From an uncultured Methanoregulaceae archaeon (GTDB lineage Archaea; Halobacteriota; Methanomicrobia; Methanomicrobiales; Methanospirillaceae): a stretch of DNA of 64,000 nucleotides. Under the pieces are notes generated by a model. That model was given only the letters and a program-made list of their open reading frames with translations, ran no database searches and had not been told where the DNA came from. The stretch covers positions 64,001 to 128,000 of the forward strand of contig CAWJAX010000005.1 in NCBI GenBank assembly GCA_963841015.1. The letters are read 5' to 3'. Of the stretch, positions 41,982 to 52,337 are shown piece by piece. The first letter of the stretch is position 1; the number at the start of each line of letters is the position of its first letter. A program made the position numbers and the translations under genes.

Positions 41982-44216
41982 ATGCAAAAAACGGGTAAAA
42001 TCACAGTTCGCGGAATTGTCCAGGGTGTCGGGTTTCGCCCGTTTGTCTATGCACAGGCATGTGCATGGGGAATTTCAGGGACGGTCAAAAATCTCGGGAG
42101 TGAGGTGGAGATTTTTGCACGGGGAGAGCAGTTTGAAATGTTTTTGGCTGCAGTCTCCCGCGGTCCCCCGCTCTCCCGGATCGATTCTGTTGAAGTCACC
42201 ACGAGCCTCCAGGAAATCCCTGAAGGATTTTTTATCCTGCCGAGCGGTAGTGGTTCAATGACCGGCATGATCCCCCCCGATGTGGCGATCTGTGGGGAGT
42301 GTATTACCGATATTTTCCATAAAAGCGGGAGATATAAAAATTACTGGGCAACCTCGTGTGTAAACTGCGGACCCCGGTATAGTATCATCCATGAAATCCC
42401 CTACGACCGTGAACGGACATCCATGGCAGAATTTCCTTCATGCCAAATCTGCGCACAGGAGTATAAAGATCCCGGTTGCCGGCGCCACCATGCACAGACA
42501 ATCGCCTGCAGCACCTGTGGCCCGGAAATCGAACTGTCCGATACCCTCGGAAACAAGGTAAAAGGCCTGGATCCAATAAAAGAGGCAGCGGAACTGCTCG
42601 ATGCAGGCCGGATCCTTGCAATGCGGGGTGTGGGGGGTTTCCACCTGGCGTGCATCGAAGAATCTGCCAATGAACTAAAACGCCGTCTGGGCAGAATCGA
42701 ACAGCCATTTGCCATCATGGTGCGTCCGGATTATATTGATCGGCTGGCGACAATTTCCCAGGAGGAAAAACAGAGCCTGGAAAGCCCGGTTCACCCTATC
42801 GTTGTCCTAAAAAAACGTGATCAGACTGCCCATGCAACAATCAGCAATCTCCATACGATCGGCTGCATGCTGCCGTATACTGGCCTTCACCACCTTCTCT
42901 TCTCGCACCTGAAACACCCGCTTCTTATTATGACCAGTGCCAATATGCCCGGCTACCCGATGATTACGGATAATGATCAGGCCATGGCAAAGCTGAACCG
43001 GGATGCAGATTTCTTCCTCACCCATAATCGGAAGATCGTGAACCGGTGTGACGATTCAGTAATCAGGGATGGCTACATCATCCGCCTCTCCCGCGGAATT
43101 GCCCCGAAGAGGACCGCGATAGATCTGGGGAAGCACTGCATTCTCGGGGTTGGCCCGGAGCTGAACGCAAATGCGACAATCTATAAAAACGGCTTTACGA
43201 TCACCTCACCCCATGTCGGAAATGTTCGCAATCCCCCAACGCTTGAATACCTGCAGGAAACCGTAAGGAACCTGCAGCGTTTTCTCGGGGCAAAGTTAGA
43301 TGTGATAGCTCATGACCTGCATCCCCGGTTTCTCTCCACCCGTTTCGCCCGCGAGATCGCTTCAGACCACGGCCTTGAACTCATCCCGGTTCAGCACCAC
43401 CGTGCGCACATAGCAGCGACAACCACCGAACCCTGCATCGGCATTGCGATTGATGGGGTCGGATACGGTGACGACGGGGCAGTCTGGGGATGCGAGATCT
43501 TCTCCGGGCAGGTGCCGGATCTCAGACGCGTTGCCCATCTGGAACCGGTTGCTATGCCGGGGGGAGATCTTGCAACCCGGTTTCCCGAACGGATGCTCTA
43601 CGGGATTCTGCCGGAGAAAACTATCCTGTCGCTTCTTGGTGAACGCGGCTGGTCTGATGTTGAGATGGGTGTGCTTGAAAAACAGGTCATGCGGAATTTC
43701 AATGTCATGAGCACCACCAGCACCGGGCGGGTGCTCGATGCAGCTGCAGCCCTGCTCGGGATCTGCCGGGAGCGTACCTATGACGGTGAGCCTGCCATGA
43801 AACTTGAATCCGCCGCACTTGGCGGACATGCCGAGCCTTGGGATCTCCTGTTTGCCATGCTGAACGGTTGTGAGGTAATTTCAGGCCGTTCCCTTATGCA
43901 GACAGCCCTTGCCCGCTTACGGGCAGAACCGGAACGGGATATGAGGGTAATCCGGGATATTGCCGCTTCCTTCCAGTACAACCTCGCCCGGGGAATCGCA
44001 CAGCTTGCCCTTCATGCGGCTGAACGGGAAGGGATGAAAAAGATAGCCCTGAGCGGGGGTGTTGCCTATAACCATGCAATCCGGGAGACTATCCGAAAGG
44101 AAATAATTTCACATTCCTGTGAATGTGTCATCAACGCGGACTACCCGCTCGGGGATGGTTGTGTCTCGTTCGGACAATGTGTGTATGCAGGAAAATTACA
44201 GGAACTAAGGGACTGA
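41982..44216 (+). CDS. hypF: Hydrogenase maturation carbamoyltransferase
   Basis: GIVQGVGFRPFV, CxxC Zn fingers, GVGGFHL, QHHRAH, GDGCVSFGQ. Confidence 0.96.
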   Translation: MQKTGKITVRGIVQGVGFRPFVYAQACAWGISGTVKNLGSEVEIFARGEQFEMFLAAVSRGPPLSRIDSVEVTTSLQEIPEGFFILPSGSGSMTGMIPPDVAICGECITDIFHKSGRYKNYWATSCVNCGPRYSIIHEIPYDRERTSMAEFPSCQICAQEYKDPGCRRHHAQTIACSTCGPEIELSDTLGNKVKGLDPIKEAAELLDAGRILAMRGVGGFHLACIEESANELKRRLGRIEQPFAIMVRPDYIDRLATISQEEKQSLESPVHPIVVLKKRDQTAHATISNLHTIGCMLPYTGLHHLLFSHLKHPLLIMTSANMPGYPMITDNDQAMAKLNRDADFFLTHNRKIVNRCDDSVIRDGYIIRLSRGIAPKRTAIDLGKHCILGVGPELNANATIYKNGFTITSPHVGNVRNPPTLEYLQETVRNLQRFLGAKLDVIAHDLHPRFLSTRFAREIASDHGLELIPVQHHRAHIAATTTEPCIGIAIDGVGYGDDGAVWGCEIFSGQVPDLRRVAHLEPVAMPGGDLATRFPERMLYGILPEKTILSLLGERGWSDVEMGVLEKQVMRNFNVMSTTSTGRVLDAAAALLGICRERTYDGEPAMKLESAALGGHAEPWDLLFAMLNGCEVISGRSLMQTALARLRAEPERDMRVIRDIAASFQYNLARGIAQLALHAAEREGMKKIALSGGVAYNHAIRETIRKEIISHSCECVINADYPLGDGCVSFGQCVYAGKLQELRD

Positions 44217-44280
44217 TGTGTCCGTTGTTCGAGAGGCGACCAATTTATCAGGATGGGACATAAAAAGGAAACCACCAGCC

Positions 44281-44697
44281 ATGGAACTATCTGACCAGAT
44301 CATCAGCCAGGAAAGGAAGATCAAAAAACTTGAGATGGAGTTGAACGATCTCCGGCAGGGTCTTACAACCGTACGGGATTTTTATAACGATCTCCGCTGC
44401 ATTTCAGAAAAACGGGAGACCACAGAAAACATTGAACAGGAACGAGTAAAACCGCTGAATGACGAAGACAGGGAATTTGATCGTATCTGGCGTTTTCACC
44501 GGGAACGACTCATCGCGGATCCATTGGCTCGTGTCTCAAGGGCTGAAATGTATGATGCCTTTGTCCGGTATAACACAAAAACCTCACAATACGGCATGGA
44601 GCAGGATGCATTTGAATTTGTATTTGCCAGGATAAAAGATCCATCTCCACTGTTTACCAGAGGTGAATGGTGGGGCTACCGGCTCAAAAACGTATGA
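44281..44697 (+). CDS. Hypothetical protein (coiled coil plus a wHTH-like C-terminus)
   Basis: ORF with ATG at 44281; RVSRAEMYDAFVRY...WWGYRLK. Confidence 0.65.
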   Translation: MELSDQIISQERKIKKLEMELNDLRQGLTTVRDFYNDLRCISEKRETTENIEQERVKPLNDEDREFDRIWRFHRERLIADPLARVSRAEMYDAFVRYNTKTSQYGMEQDAFEFVFARIKDPSPLFTRGEWWGYRLKNV

Positions 44698-44733
44698 GAA
44701 AGAACTACAATTTCTAACTTATCCCGCTTTTTC

Positions 44734-45732
44734 ATGACCCACATCAGAATTACCCGAAAATCCGAAATCCCCCTTGTCGGTTCGCTCTACTTTGGCATAA
44801 TCGACCGCGGTACCAGTCTCCTGCAGGTACGCCCGAGTTGCGGCTGTAACCTGAACTGCCCTTTTTGTTCGGTGGATGCCGGGCCTGAATCAACAACTCG
44901 TGCCACCAGCTATGAAGTTGAGATGGCGTACCTGGCAGAAGCTGTTGAGGAAATTGCCGGGTTCAAGGGGCCGGGGGTTGAATGCCATATTGATTCACCG
45001 GGTGAACCGGTTATGTACCCGTATCTTCCCGAGCTCATTGGGAAGCTCAGGCAGATTGAGGAGGTAAGTGTCATTTCGCTCCAGACCAACGGCACCCTGC
45101 TCACCACGGCGAAGATTGCAGCACTTGAAGAGGCCGGACTTGACCGGATTAACCTTTCCCTTCACGCACTTGATCCGGCTATCGCGCAACTCCTTGCAGG
45201 CACTGACTCATATGATATTCAAAAGATTACCGATGCAGCAAGAGCGGTCGCCAGGAGCAGGATTGACCTGCTCATCGCACCCGTGTTCATACCTGGAATC
45301 AATAATGCAGAGATACCAAAACTGATCCGGTTTGCGCAGGAGATTGGTGCCGGCAAACGTTTCCCGCCGCTGGGTATCCAGAAGTTCGAGCACTACCGGT
45401 ACGGCAGATCCCCTAAAGGGGTGAAAGCCCAGAGCTGGTGGCAGTTCTACAACCAGAGCATCAAACCATGGGAGAAGGAGTGCGGAATAAAACTCAAGCT
45501 CGACTCTGTCAGGGACTTTGGCATGGTTAGGCGTCCCTTTATCCCTCTTGTCTTTTCCAAAGGGGAGAAAGTGACAGTCGAGATCCGGGCACCGGGATGG
45601 ATACACGGTGAGATGCTCGGTGTTGCACGTGACCGGGTGGTGTCGGTATATAACTGTCCAAAAGAGTCAGGACACGTCAGGGTGAAGATCGTGGCGACGA
45701 AGCATAACATTTACGTCGGGATACCAGTATAA
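44734..45732 (+). CDS. Radical SAM protein with a C-terminal TRAM-like domain
   Basis: FGIIDRGT, CNLNCPFCSVD, GEP, QTNG. Confidence 0.9.
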   Translation: MTHIRITRKSEIPLVGSLYFGIIDRGTSLLQVRPSCGCNLNCPFCSVDAGPESTTRATSYEVEMAYLAEAVEEIAGFKGPGVECHIDSPGEPVMYPYLPELIGKLRQIEEVSVISLQTNGTLLTTAKIAALEEAGLDRINLSLHALDPAIAQLLAGTDSYDIQKITDAARAVARSRIDLLIAPVFIPGINNAEIPKLIRFAQEIGAGKRFPPLGIQKFEHYRYGRSPKGVKAQSWWQFYNQSIKPWEKECGIKLKLDSVRDFGMVRRPFIPLVFSKGEKVTVEIRAPGWIHGEMLGVARDRVVSVYNCPKESGHVRVKIVATKHNIYVGIPV

Positions 45733-45899
45733 CAGCTGGTTTATGAGGTGAATAGGGAACTTTACACGATCAAAAATAATTACCGCTAAATTTTTTACGT
45801 CGTTGGGATACAGATACTGTTCATTTCCCTACCAGTACAGGGAAGAGTGCGACATATTTATTAGCCCTTCGAACACGAGTATAGTTTGGTGAAACGATA

Positions 45900-46211
45900 A
45901 TGGAATTACTTTCGGATGAAAAGATCATCATGCAGGATGATGCCAAGTCAGACTTCTTTGGCAAGGGAATACTCTATATGACCAATGTCAGGATCCTCCT
46001 TGATGTAAAAACCGGGGGATTCATGTCAAAAACCACAGAGGTTAAACTCGATAAAGCATTGGGATCTATCAAAACGGTTTCAGCTCCAGGAGGAAAACAG
46101 CTCCAGATCCAGTTTGAAGGGAGCGTCGAACCAACAACGTTCTTTGTTTCAAACGCCGAGAAATGGGAAGCGGCGATTAGAAGTGCATTGACCGTCAGCG
46201 GCAGAATGTAG
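45900..46211 (+). CDS. Small PH/GRAM-like domain protein
   Basis: LLSDEKII..GILYMTNVRILL..AEKWEAAI pattern. Confidence 0.65.
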   Translation: MELLSDEKIIMQDDAKSDFFGKGILYMTNVRILLDVKTGGFMSKTTEVKLDKALGSIKTVSAPGGKQLQIQFEGSVEPTTFFVSNAEKWEAAIRSALTVSGRM

Positions 46212-46297
46212 AAGCAACCGTCCCGGTTCTGCACACCTTTTTTTTATTGCTTCCTCATGTAGCCCTTCATCATAGCTTTTTTTTAAAAAGATTAAGA

Positions 46298-46462
46298 TTA
46301 ATACAGGGGTTTTCCTAGGATCAGGGAAATTATCGCGAGAATAATAAAGAGGATAATAATCCACTTTCCAATTGTCCATGCTACCCTGCCGATAAATCCA
46401 AGAATTACAAATATAACAGCAATTATGATGAACAGTATTCCAAGCGTTAAGAGCCAGTCCAT
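46298..46462 (-). CDS. Small 54-aa membrane protein (DUF1328/UPF0391-like), not in the ORF track
   Basis: MDWLLTLGILFIIIAVIFVILGFIGRVAWTIGKWIIILFIILAIISLILGKPLY*; GAAGGA RBS. Confidence 0.75.
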   Translation of the reverse strand: MDWLLTLGILFIIIAVIFVILGFIGRVAWTIGKWIIILFIILAIISLILGKPLY

Positions 46463-46592
46463 AGTTTACTTCCTTCAAAGTGTCTGTTTACTACCATTTG
46501 TTTAATAAATTGCGCCGAATCGGGCTCTGAAAAGACATGCATGAACGAATCAGGTTTACCCCGGATCCATGAAAATCGATTAGGTCGAGAAT

Positions 46593-46703
46593 CCACCGCC
46601 TCAAGGCCACTCCAAGGCACGGCGGGGCAAGAAGGGTTCAGCATTTTTTAGTTCCTTTAACCGCCGCGGGGGCGTCCCTTCGGGGGCGGTGGCATCCATC
46701 GCA
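46593..46703. repeat. GC-rich structured intergenic element, short copy
   Basis: Shares both modules with 17606-17945. CCACCGCC pairs with GGCGGTGG, and CGGCGG with CCGCCG. Confidence 0.65.
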
Positions 46704-47040
46704 TTCGTAAGAGGACAATCTCCCTGAATAACCGAATATCCAGTGTTCATAGGAAAAGCTCAATAACAAGCTGAACCCTCAACCGGGGTTTCCCCACACC
46801 ACTTAAAGCTCCCCAAAATGCTATAACAACTGACCAGGGAATACGTTATCATCGGACGGGTCAAGGGTCCTTTCACTATCTCCTCAATCATCTTACCTGT
46901 GCATTTAATTTCAAACCGTGATAAAAGGAATTCCCAAGAGCCCTGAATTGTTTTCTCGTGAAGTACACTAAAACAACGCTAGGTAAAAGGAAATAAAAAC
47001 AGGGCAACTGGTAATCTGGCAAAGATAGGAAAAAAGAGAA

Positions 47041-47352
47041 TTATCCGAACAGGGCACCGAGCCCTGCCATACCACTCTCTTCATCTTCCTTCTTGTGCTC
47101 TTCGGGTGCTTCTTCCTTTGCGGCGGGTGCTGCCTTGCCTGCTGCTGCGGGTGCTGCTGCGGCTGCAACCGGTGCAACGGCTGCCTTGCTGATTGCATCC
47201 TCGATGTTTACGCCATCGAGCGCTGCAATGAGTGCCTTTACGCGGGATTCGTCTGCTGTTACACCTGCGGCGGTAAGGACTGCCTTGACGCCATTCTCAT
47301 CAACCTTCTTACCTGCTTTGTGCAGGAGAAGTGCTGCATAGATATACTCCAT
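47041..47352 (-). CDS. rpl12: 50S ribosomal protein P1/L12
   Basis: [11 protein letters not shown]...GLGALFG. Confidence 0.97.
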   Translation of the reverse strand: MEYIYAALLLHKAGKKVDENGVKAVLTAAGVTADESRVKALIAALDGVNIEDAISKAAVAPVAAAAAPAAAGKAAPAAKEEAPEEHKKEDEESGMAGLGALFG

Positions 47353-47376
47353 CTTGTTCACCTCAATATCTGATAC

Positions 47377-48225
47377 TTATTTTACCAGGCTTTTAACTGC
47401 CTGGCTTTCTCTGTACGCTTTACCAATAATCGCATCAACAACGTCTTTTTCATAGATCGCTGCTTCAACTGCAAGCCCTCGTGCATCCCTGACGGCCTTT
47501 GTCAGGATCGCACCCATAGTGTCTTTTGTCGGGATCGCTGCGTTAACCGACAGGTTGAATGCCTGCAGGCCTGCGAGCTGGATCTGTCCGAGGATAACGG
47601 TTTCGTCAACGGCAAGCACGGATGGCTCAAAGATATCACCATCATGGTAGGCAACCTGCAGTGCAAGTCCGACATCCATGGGCTTGATATCGAGCTTGGC
47701 AAGGATGGTCGCGAGCTTGGCCGAGATGACACCGCCTTTCTTGACGACGGTCTTGGTCTCGCGGATCTTGACTTTCCCGCCTTCTATCGCTGCGGGAATA
47801 CCAGCCTGCTGAAGCTCACCGACAATCGGACCCGGCTTGAAACTGGTCGGACCTTTCTCGATGATGATATCCTCCGGCGCTTTTTCGCCAGCCTTTGCCG
47901 CCATCTTTGTCTTGGTCTTTTCCAGCTGCTTGAAGAGTTTGAACGGGTTGTCGTTAGTGAAGATGAGTGCCGAGTGACCGGACACATATTTTGTGAGTCC
48001 TTTCACATCGCCGCCAATCTCTTCGAACGCGTGCTTGATGAGCGTGTTCCTGGTCACCTTGATAACAGCCTTGCCGCGGAGGTTCCTGCGGATCTGCTGC
48101 ACCTGCTGTGCCGGGATACCGTACATATCGACAAGCCCAATCAGCGTGAACTTTTTTACGTTCTCCTTGATATCAGCGACCTCATCCTTCTTCCAGGAGG
48201 GGAGGTGGTGTGTATACAACGCCAT
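47377..48225 (-). CDS. rpl10: 50S ribosomal protein L10 (P0)
   Basis: WKKDEV, TRNTL, NPFKL, GPTSFKPGP. Confidence 0.96.
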   Translation of the reverse strand: MALYTHHLPSWKKDEVADIKENVKKFTLIGLVDMYGIPAQQVQQIRRNLRGKAVIKVTRNTLIKHAFEEIGGDVKGLTKYVSGHSALIFTNDNPFKLFKQLEKTKTKMAAKAGEKAPEDIIIEKGPTSFKPGPIVGELQQAGIPAAIEGGKVKIRETKTVVKKGGVISAKLATILAKLDIKPMDVGLALQVAYHDGDIFEPSVLAVDETVILGQIQLAGLQAFNLSVNAAIPTKDTMGAILTKAVRDARGLAVEAAIYEKDVVDAIIGKAYRESQAVKSLVK

Positions 48226-48869
48226 TATTCCAACCTCACTGCAGGACCCATGGTCGTCTTGACAAACACAGAACGGACATTCAGCGGACCCTGTTCGAGA
48301 ACAGATTCAATCCTCTTGACGATCGCTTCGATATTCTCTGCGACCTGTTCGGGCTTCATAGCTGTTGTTCCGACCTTAGTAGAAAAGACCGTCTTGTCCT
48401 TTGTCCTGATCTTCACCGAGTTGCGCAGACGTTCGACAATCGGGCGGATATCTGTGCTACCGGCAATCGGCATCGGCATCCTGCCCCGTGGACCAAGCCG
48501 CGGACCCAGATATCGTCCGACCTGTGGCATGACCGCCATCTCAGCAAGGAAATACCGGTAAGTACTGGCAACTTTCCGTGCTTCACGGGGTGCTCCGCCA
48601 AGCCGCTCAACTTCTTCAGGGCCGATAATCAGATCAACCTTGGCATCCTTTGCCTGGGTGACAATATCTCCCTTCCCGATCACACAGATACCGATCTTTT
48701 CGCCGATACCGTGGGGAAGCAGAATCGTCTCGTCAATACGATTTTTCGGCTGCGCCATATCGATATTCTTGAGATTGATGGTAATATCGATGCTCTCAGA
48801 GAATTTACGCTCTGGCGCTTTTTCAATCGCCGTTTTCACGGCTTGTAAAATTTTGGCTCTATCAACCAT
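48225..48869 (-). CDS. rpl1: 50S ribosomal protein L1
   Basis: RKFSESID, LGPRGRMP, VKTTMGP. Confidence 0.97.
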   Translation of the reverse strand: MVDRAKILQAVKTAIEKAPERKFSESIDITINLKNIDMAQPKNRIDETILLPHGIGEKIGICVIGKGDIVTQAKDAKVDLIIGPEEVERLGGAPREARKVASTYRYFLAEMAVMPQVGRYLGPRLGPRGRMPMPIAGSTDIRPIVERLRNSVKIRTKDKTVFSTKVGTTAMKPEQVAENIEAIVKRIESVLEQGPLNVRSVFVKTTMGPAVRLE

Positions 48870-48878
48870 CAGATTCCT

Positions 48879-48909
48879 CCATAGTTCACGACCTTTCGAT
48901 CTCCTATGG
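48879..48909 (-). promoter_or_regulatory. Candidate L1-binding autoregulatory hairpin upstream of rpl1
   Basis: CCAUAG-GA-GAUC-GAAA-GGUC-GUGAA-CUAUGG, overlapping the GGAGG SD. Confidence 0.7.
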
Positions 48910-48919
48910 TTTTCTCATG

Positions 48920-49396
48920 TTATTTCACGAGAACACTGTCATACTTGCCTTCAGCGATGGCAGCGAGCACTTCTTTTGGGCGCTTGCCGTCAACGTTCAC
49001 TCCCATGCTCACGCACGTTCCGATGACCTCTTTTACCGCGGTCTTCAGTTCGTAGGCAAGCATGCCTTCGAGTTTCATGTTGGCAATCCTGACAGCGGCC
49101 TCAAATGGTAGATTCCCTACCACTTTGACGTTGGGCTCTGCGGAACCTTTCTCGATATTAGCCTCTTTTTTAATGAGCGCCGTAGTGGGCGGTATACCCA
49201 CCGTGACGGTGAAGTTCTTCTTTGCGTCAACTTCGATCTTAACCGGGACCTGCATTCCGTTGAATGTGGCGGTCTTTTTGTTGATCTCATCGACAACAGC
49301 CTTCACGTTGATACCGAGTGGTCCGAGCGACGGTCCCAGGGGGGGACCAGCGGTAGCCTTTCCGCCGGGTACTAAAACCTCGACCACTTCTGCCAT
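48920..49396 (-). CDS. rpl11: 50S ribosomal protein L11
   Basis: [19 protein letters not shown]. Confidence 0.97.
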   Translation of the reverse strand: MAEVVEVLVPGGKATAGPPLGPSLGPLGINVKAVVDEINKKTATFNGMQVPVKIEVDAKKNFTVTVGIPPTTALIKKEANIEKGSAEPNVKVVGNLPFEAAVRIANMKLEGMLAYELKTAVKEVIGTCVSMGVNVDGKRPKEVLAAIAEGKYDSVLVK

Positions 49397-50061
49397 AGTC
49401 TTTGCACCATGCCGTCCCGTAAATGGGCACTAAGCTTGGGTCTGTAGATTTTGACGGGAAAGGAAATAAAGGTGATCTTGGAACTGAGGAGAATCTGATC
49501 CCTACCTCATCAAATCCAGCCTCATTTCAGCCCCCGTTTACCCCACCAGATCACTCAAAAAAGCACCAATTCGTCCAAAAACAGAACATGTATTTTTTGA
49601 TTTGCCCGATTCGGCCCCCGTTTGGCTATATATGACCATTCCGCGACTGAAAATGACCGCTAATAGCACCTATTGGAGGGAGGATAATCCAAAAAACGAT
49701 CTGCACTATATCACACAGCTTACTGCAGAAAATCACCCAGTGATAAAACGCACAATGCGGTGTTTGGGGAGCGGATCCAAAAGGCACGCGATAGGTTGGA
49801 CGGTCAGGCGGGAATAAAAGGGAATCCCTGATCCCTCATTTTACATCGGAGAATGCCACCCGATGCAGGATCAGACAGGTATCAGGGGAATATCTCCGTT
49901 GGAGAACCAGCTCAAAGGCGGACACCCGGATTACATGATCCCGTTAACACATCATTACCAGAAATGCTCATTTCCCCAATTCTTTTTTCTATTGAAACCG
50001 ACAGCTTGCGGGTAACCATACTGTAACCTTCAAGTATTCCGGGGCATCAATACGGGAATAT

Positions 50062-51732
50062 ATGCCCGCCAGATCTCCAGATACCTTACCTGATCCAGAA
50101 CCAAAGGATCGTTATGAAAACTTTTCCATTAAAGTACCTGAATTTTACAACTTCGGTTATGATGTTGTCGATGCGTGGGCAGTAAAAGAACCGGACAAGC
50201 CTGCGATGCTCTGGCTGAACCAGCAGGGTGAGGAGAAACGGTACAGTTTCAGCGATATGAAACATGGATCCGATCTGGCGGCACGTCTCCTGTATGACAG
50301 CGGGATCCTGAAAGGTGACCGGGTCTTCGTTATGCTCCCGAGGATCCCGGAATGGTGGATCCTTATTGTCGCCCTGATCAAATTCGGCGCGGTTTACACA
50401 CCTGCCCCAACACTCCTGACTCCCCATGACATCGCCTACCGGCTCAGTACCGGCAGGTTCGCGATGGTCATCACAGACCTTGAGAACGTACCTAATATAC
50501 AGGAGGCGATCCGGGAGGGGTCGATAAAACCCAAATGCATGGTTGTTGATGGGGAAATGCCGGGCTGGATCAGCTATCCTAAAAGAATTGTGGAACTTTC
50601 CTCAAAACCCCAGGCAGAATCGAATAGGTATGCCGTGAAGACAAAATCTTCCGACCCTCTCCTGATCTTTTTTACCTCAGGTACAACCGGAAATCCCAAG
50701 ATGGTACTCCATGACCACAGTTACCCTCTTGGCCATATCGTCACCGCACGGTTTTGGCAGGATCTGAAAGGGTCAGATCTCCATTTCACCCTCTCTGATA
50801 CAGGCTGGGCAAAGAGCGCCTGGGGGAGCCTGTTTGGCCAGTGGATCGAGGGAGCGACGGTCTTTGTCTACGATATCCGGGGAAAATTCGATCCTGCAGG
50901 GATCCCCCCACTCCTTGAAAAGTATGCCATCACGACGTTCTGCTGCCCGCCTACGATCTACCGGATGCTGATCCTCCTGGATCTTAAAAAGTATAACCTG
51001 TCCAGTCTCCGCCACTGCGTAAGCGCAGGCGAGCCCCTGAATCCCGAGGTTATCCGAGTCTGGAAAGAGAAGACCGGCCTGATAATCTACGATGGTTACG
51101 GCCAGACAGAAACCGTACTCTGCATCGGAGCATTCCCCGGGCGCGAATGCCCACCGGGTTCTATGGGAAAGCCTGCCCCCGGCTGGCGAATTGAGCTCCA
51201 TGACAAGCACGGCAGATCCGTAGGGATCGACCGTGAAGGAAGGATCGCGATATCAGTCGATCCAAAGCCGGTCGGGTTATTCTCCGGGTATATTGAAAAC
51301 GAGGCGGCAAACAGAAAGTCCTTTGTAAAAGGCTGGTACTACACCGATGACATGGCTGCCATGGACGAGCATGGCAATTTCTGGTTCATTGGCAGGGATG
51401 ACGATGTCATCAAGGCATCAGGGTACCGCATCGGGCCGTTCGAGGTCGAGAGCGCTCTGCTGGAACATCCGGCGGTTGCAGAGGCAGCAGTGGTAGGATC
51501 CCCCGATCCCATCAGGGGATTGATTGTCAAGGCATTCGTTGTCCTGAAGCCCGGTTTCCGGCCATCCGGCCAGCTTGTAGCCAGCCTGCAGGAGCATGTC
51601 AAAAAGGTGACCGCCCCTTACAAGTACCCCCGGGAGGTTGAATTTATCGACTCACTCCCTAAGACCCATTCGGGGAAGATACGGAGGAGTGAGCTCCGCG
51701 ATCTAGAGACAAAAAATAGAAAACCGGAATAA
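50062..51732 (+). CDS. Acyl-CoA synthetase (AMP-forming)
   Basis: FTSGTTGNPK, YGQTET, GRDDDVIK, LPKTHSGKIRR. Confidence 0.93.
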   Translation: MPARSPDTLPDPEPKDRYENFSIKVPEFYNFGYDVVDAWAVKEPDKPAMLWLNQQGEEKRYSFSDMKHGSDLAARLLYDSGILKGDRVFVMLPRIPEWWILIVALIKFGAVYTPAPTLLTPHDIAYRLSTGRFAMVITDLENVPNIQEAIREGSIKPKCMVVDGEMPGWISYPKRIVELSSKPQAESNRYAVKTKSSDPLLIFFTSGTTGNPKMVLHDHSYPLGHIVTARFWQDLKGSDLHFTLSDTGWAKSAWGSLFGQWIEGATVFVYDIRGKFDPAGIPPLLEKYAITTFCCPPTIYRMLILLDLKKYNLSSLRHCVSAGEPLNPEVIRVWKEKTGLIIYDGYGQTETVLCIGAFPGRECPPGSMGKPAPGWRIELHDKHGRSVGIDREGRIAISVDPKPVGLFSGYIENEAANRKSFVKGWYYTDDMAAMDEHGNFWFIGRDDDVIKASGYRIGPFEVESALLEHPAVAEAAVVGSPDPIRGLIVKAFVVLKPGFRPSGQLVASLQEHVKKVTAPYKYPREVEFIDSLPKTHSGKIRRSELRDLETKNRKPE

Positions 51733-51807
51733 TCCATCACCCAACCTCATTGTCAAAACCTCATCGATGAAAACTGACGAGAATTTTTTTAAAAAGGAAT
51801 CTGGTAA

Positions 51808-52332
51808 TTACCGGTCCTTGAATTTCTCGACCACACGGACATTGTCGCCCCTTACCGTGATCGGGATGGGGACGATACTTTCGTACAGCTCGACGGTGAT
51901 CTCTTCTTTTGCTGAGTCAACACGCTTGACGACGGCTTTCTCACCTTTGAATGGTCCGGCGATCAGCTCAACAATCGTGCCTTCATCAATACCGGCGACA
52001 ACCGGTTTTGGAATGAGAAAGTGCCCGACTTCAGCAAGGGTCGTTTCACCTTTGATCACTGTACGCGCATGTGCAACCTTTTCCACGAGCTGTTCAATCC
52101 TGTTCAGCTTTTCGGGAGTTTCAACGAGAACATAGCCCTGCAGCTCGTTGGGAACAATGATGGCGGTTACCTTGACATCGGTTGCTTTGGTGTCGATCGC
52201 TTTCAGGATGTTATCAGCTACGGTGCGCTCCTGTTTGGAGGTCGTTTTAATCGCAAAGATGCGGTTGATAAAGACCTCCGGCTCTGCGGGTAGCTGAGGC
52301 GCTCTGGGTGCTGGGGGTGTTGGTTGCGTCAT
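51808..52332 (-). CDS. spt5: Transcription elongation factor Spt5/NusG
   Basis: FAIKTTSKQE, GYVLVE, KOW motif GPFKGE. Own ATG at 52332. Confidence 0.93.
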   Translation of the reverse strand: MTQPTPPAPRAPQLPAEPEVFINRIFAIKTTSKQERTVADNILKAIDTKATDVKVTAIIVPNELQGYVLVETPEKLNRIEQLVEKVAHARTVIKGETTLAEVGHFLIPKPVVAGIDEGTIVELIAGPFKGEKAVVKRVDSAKEEITVELYESIVPIPITVRGDNVRVVEKFKDR

Positions 52333-52337
52333 ACCAA

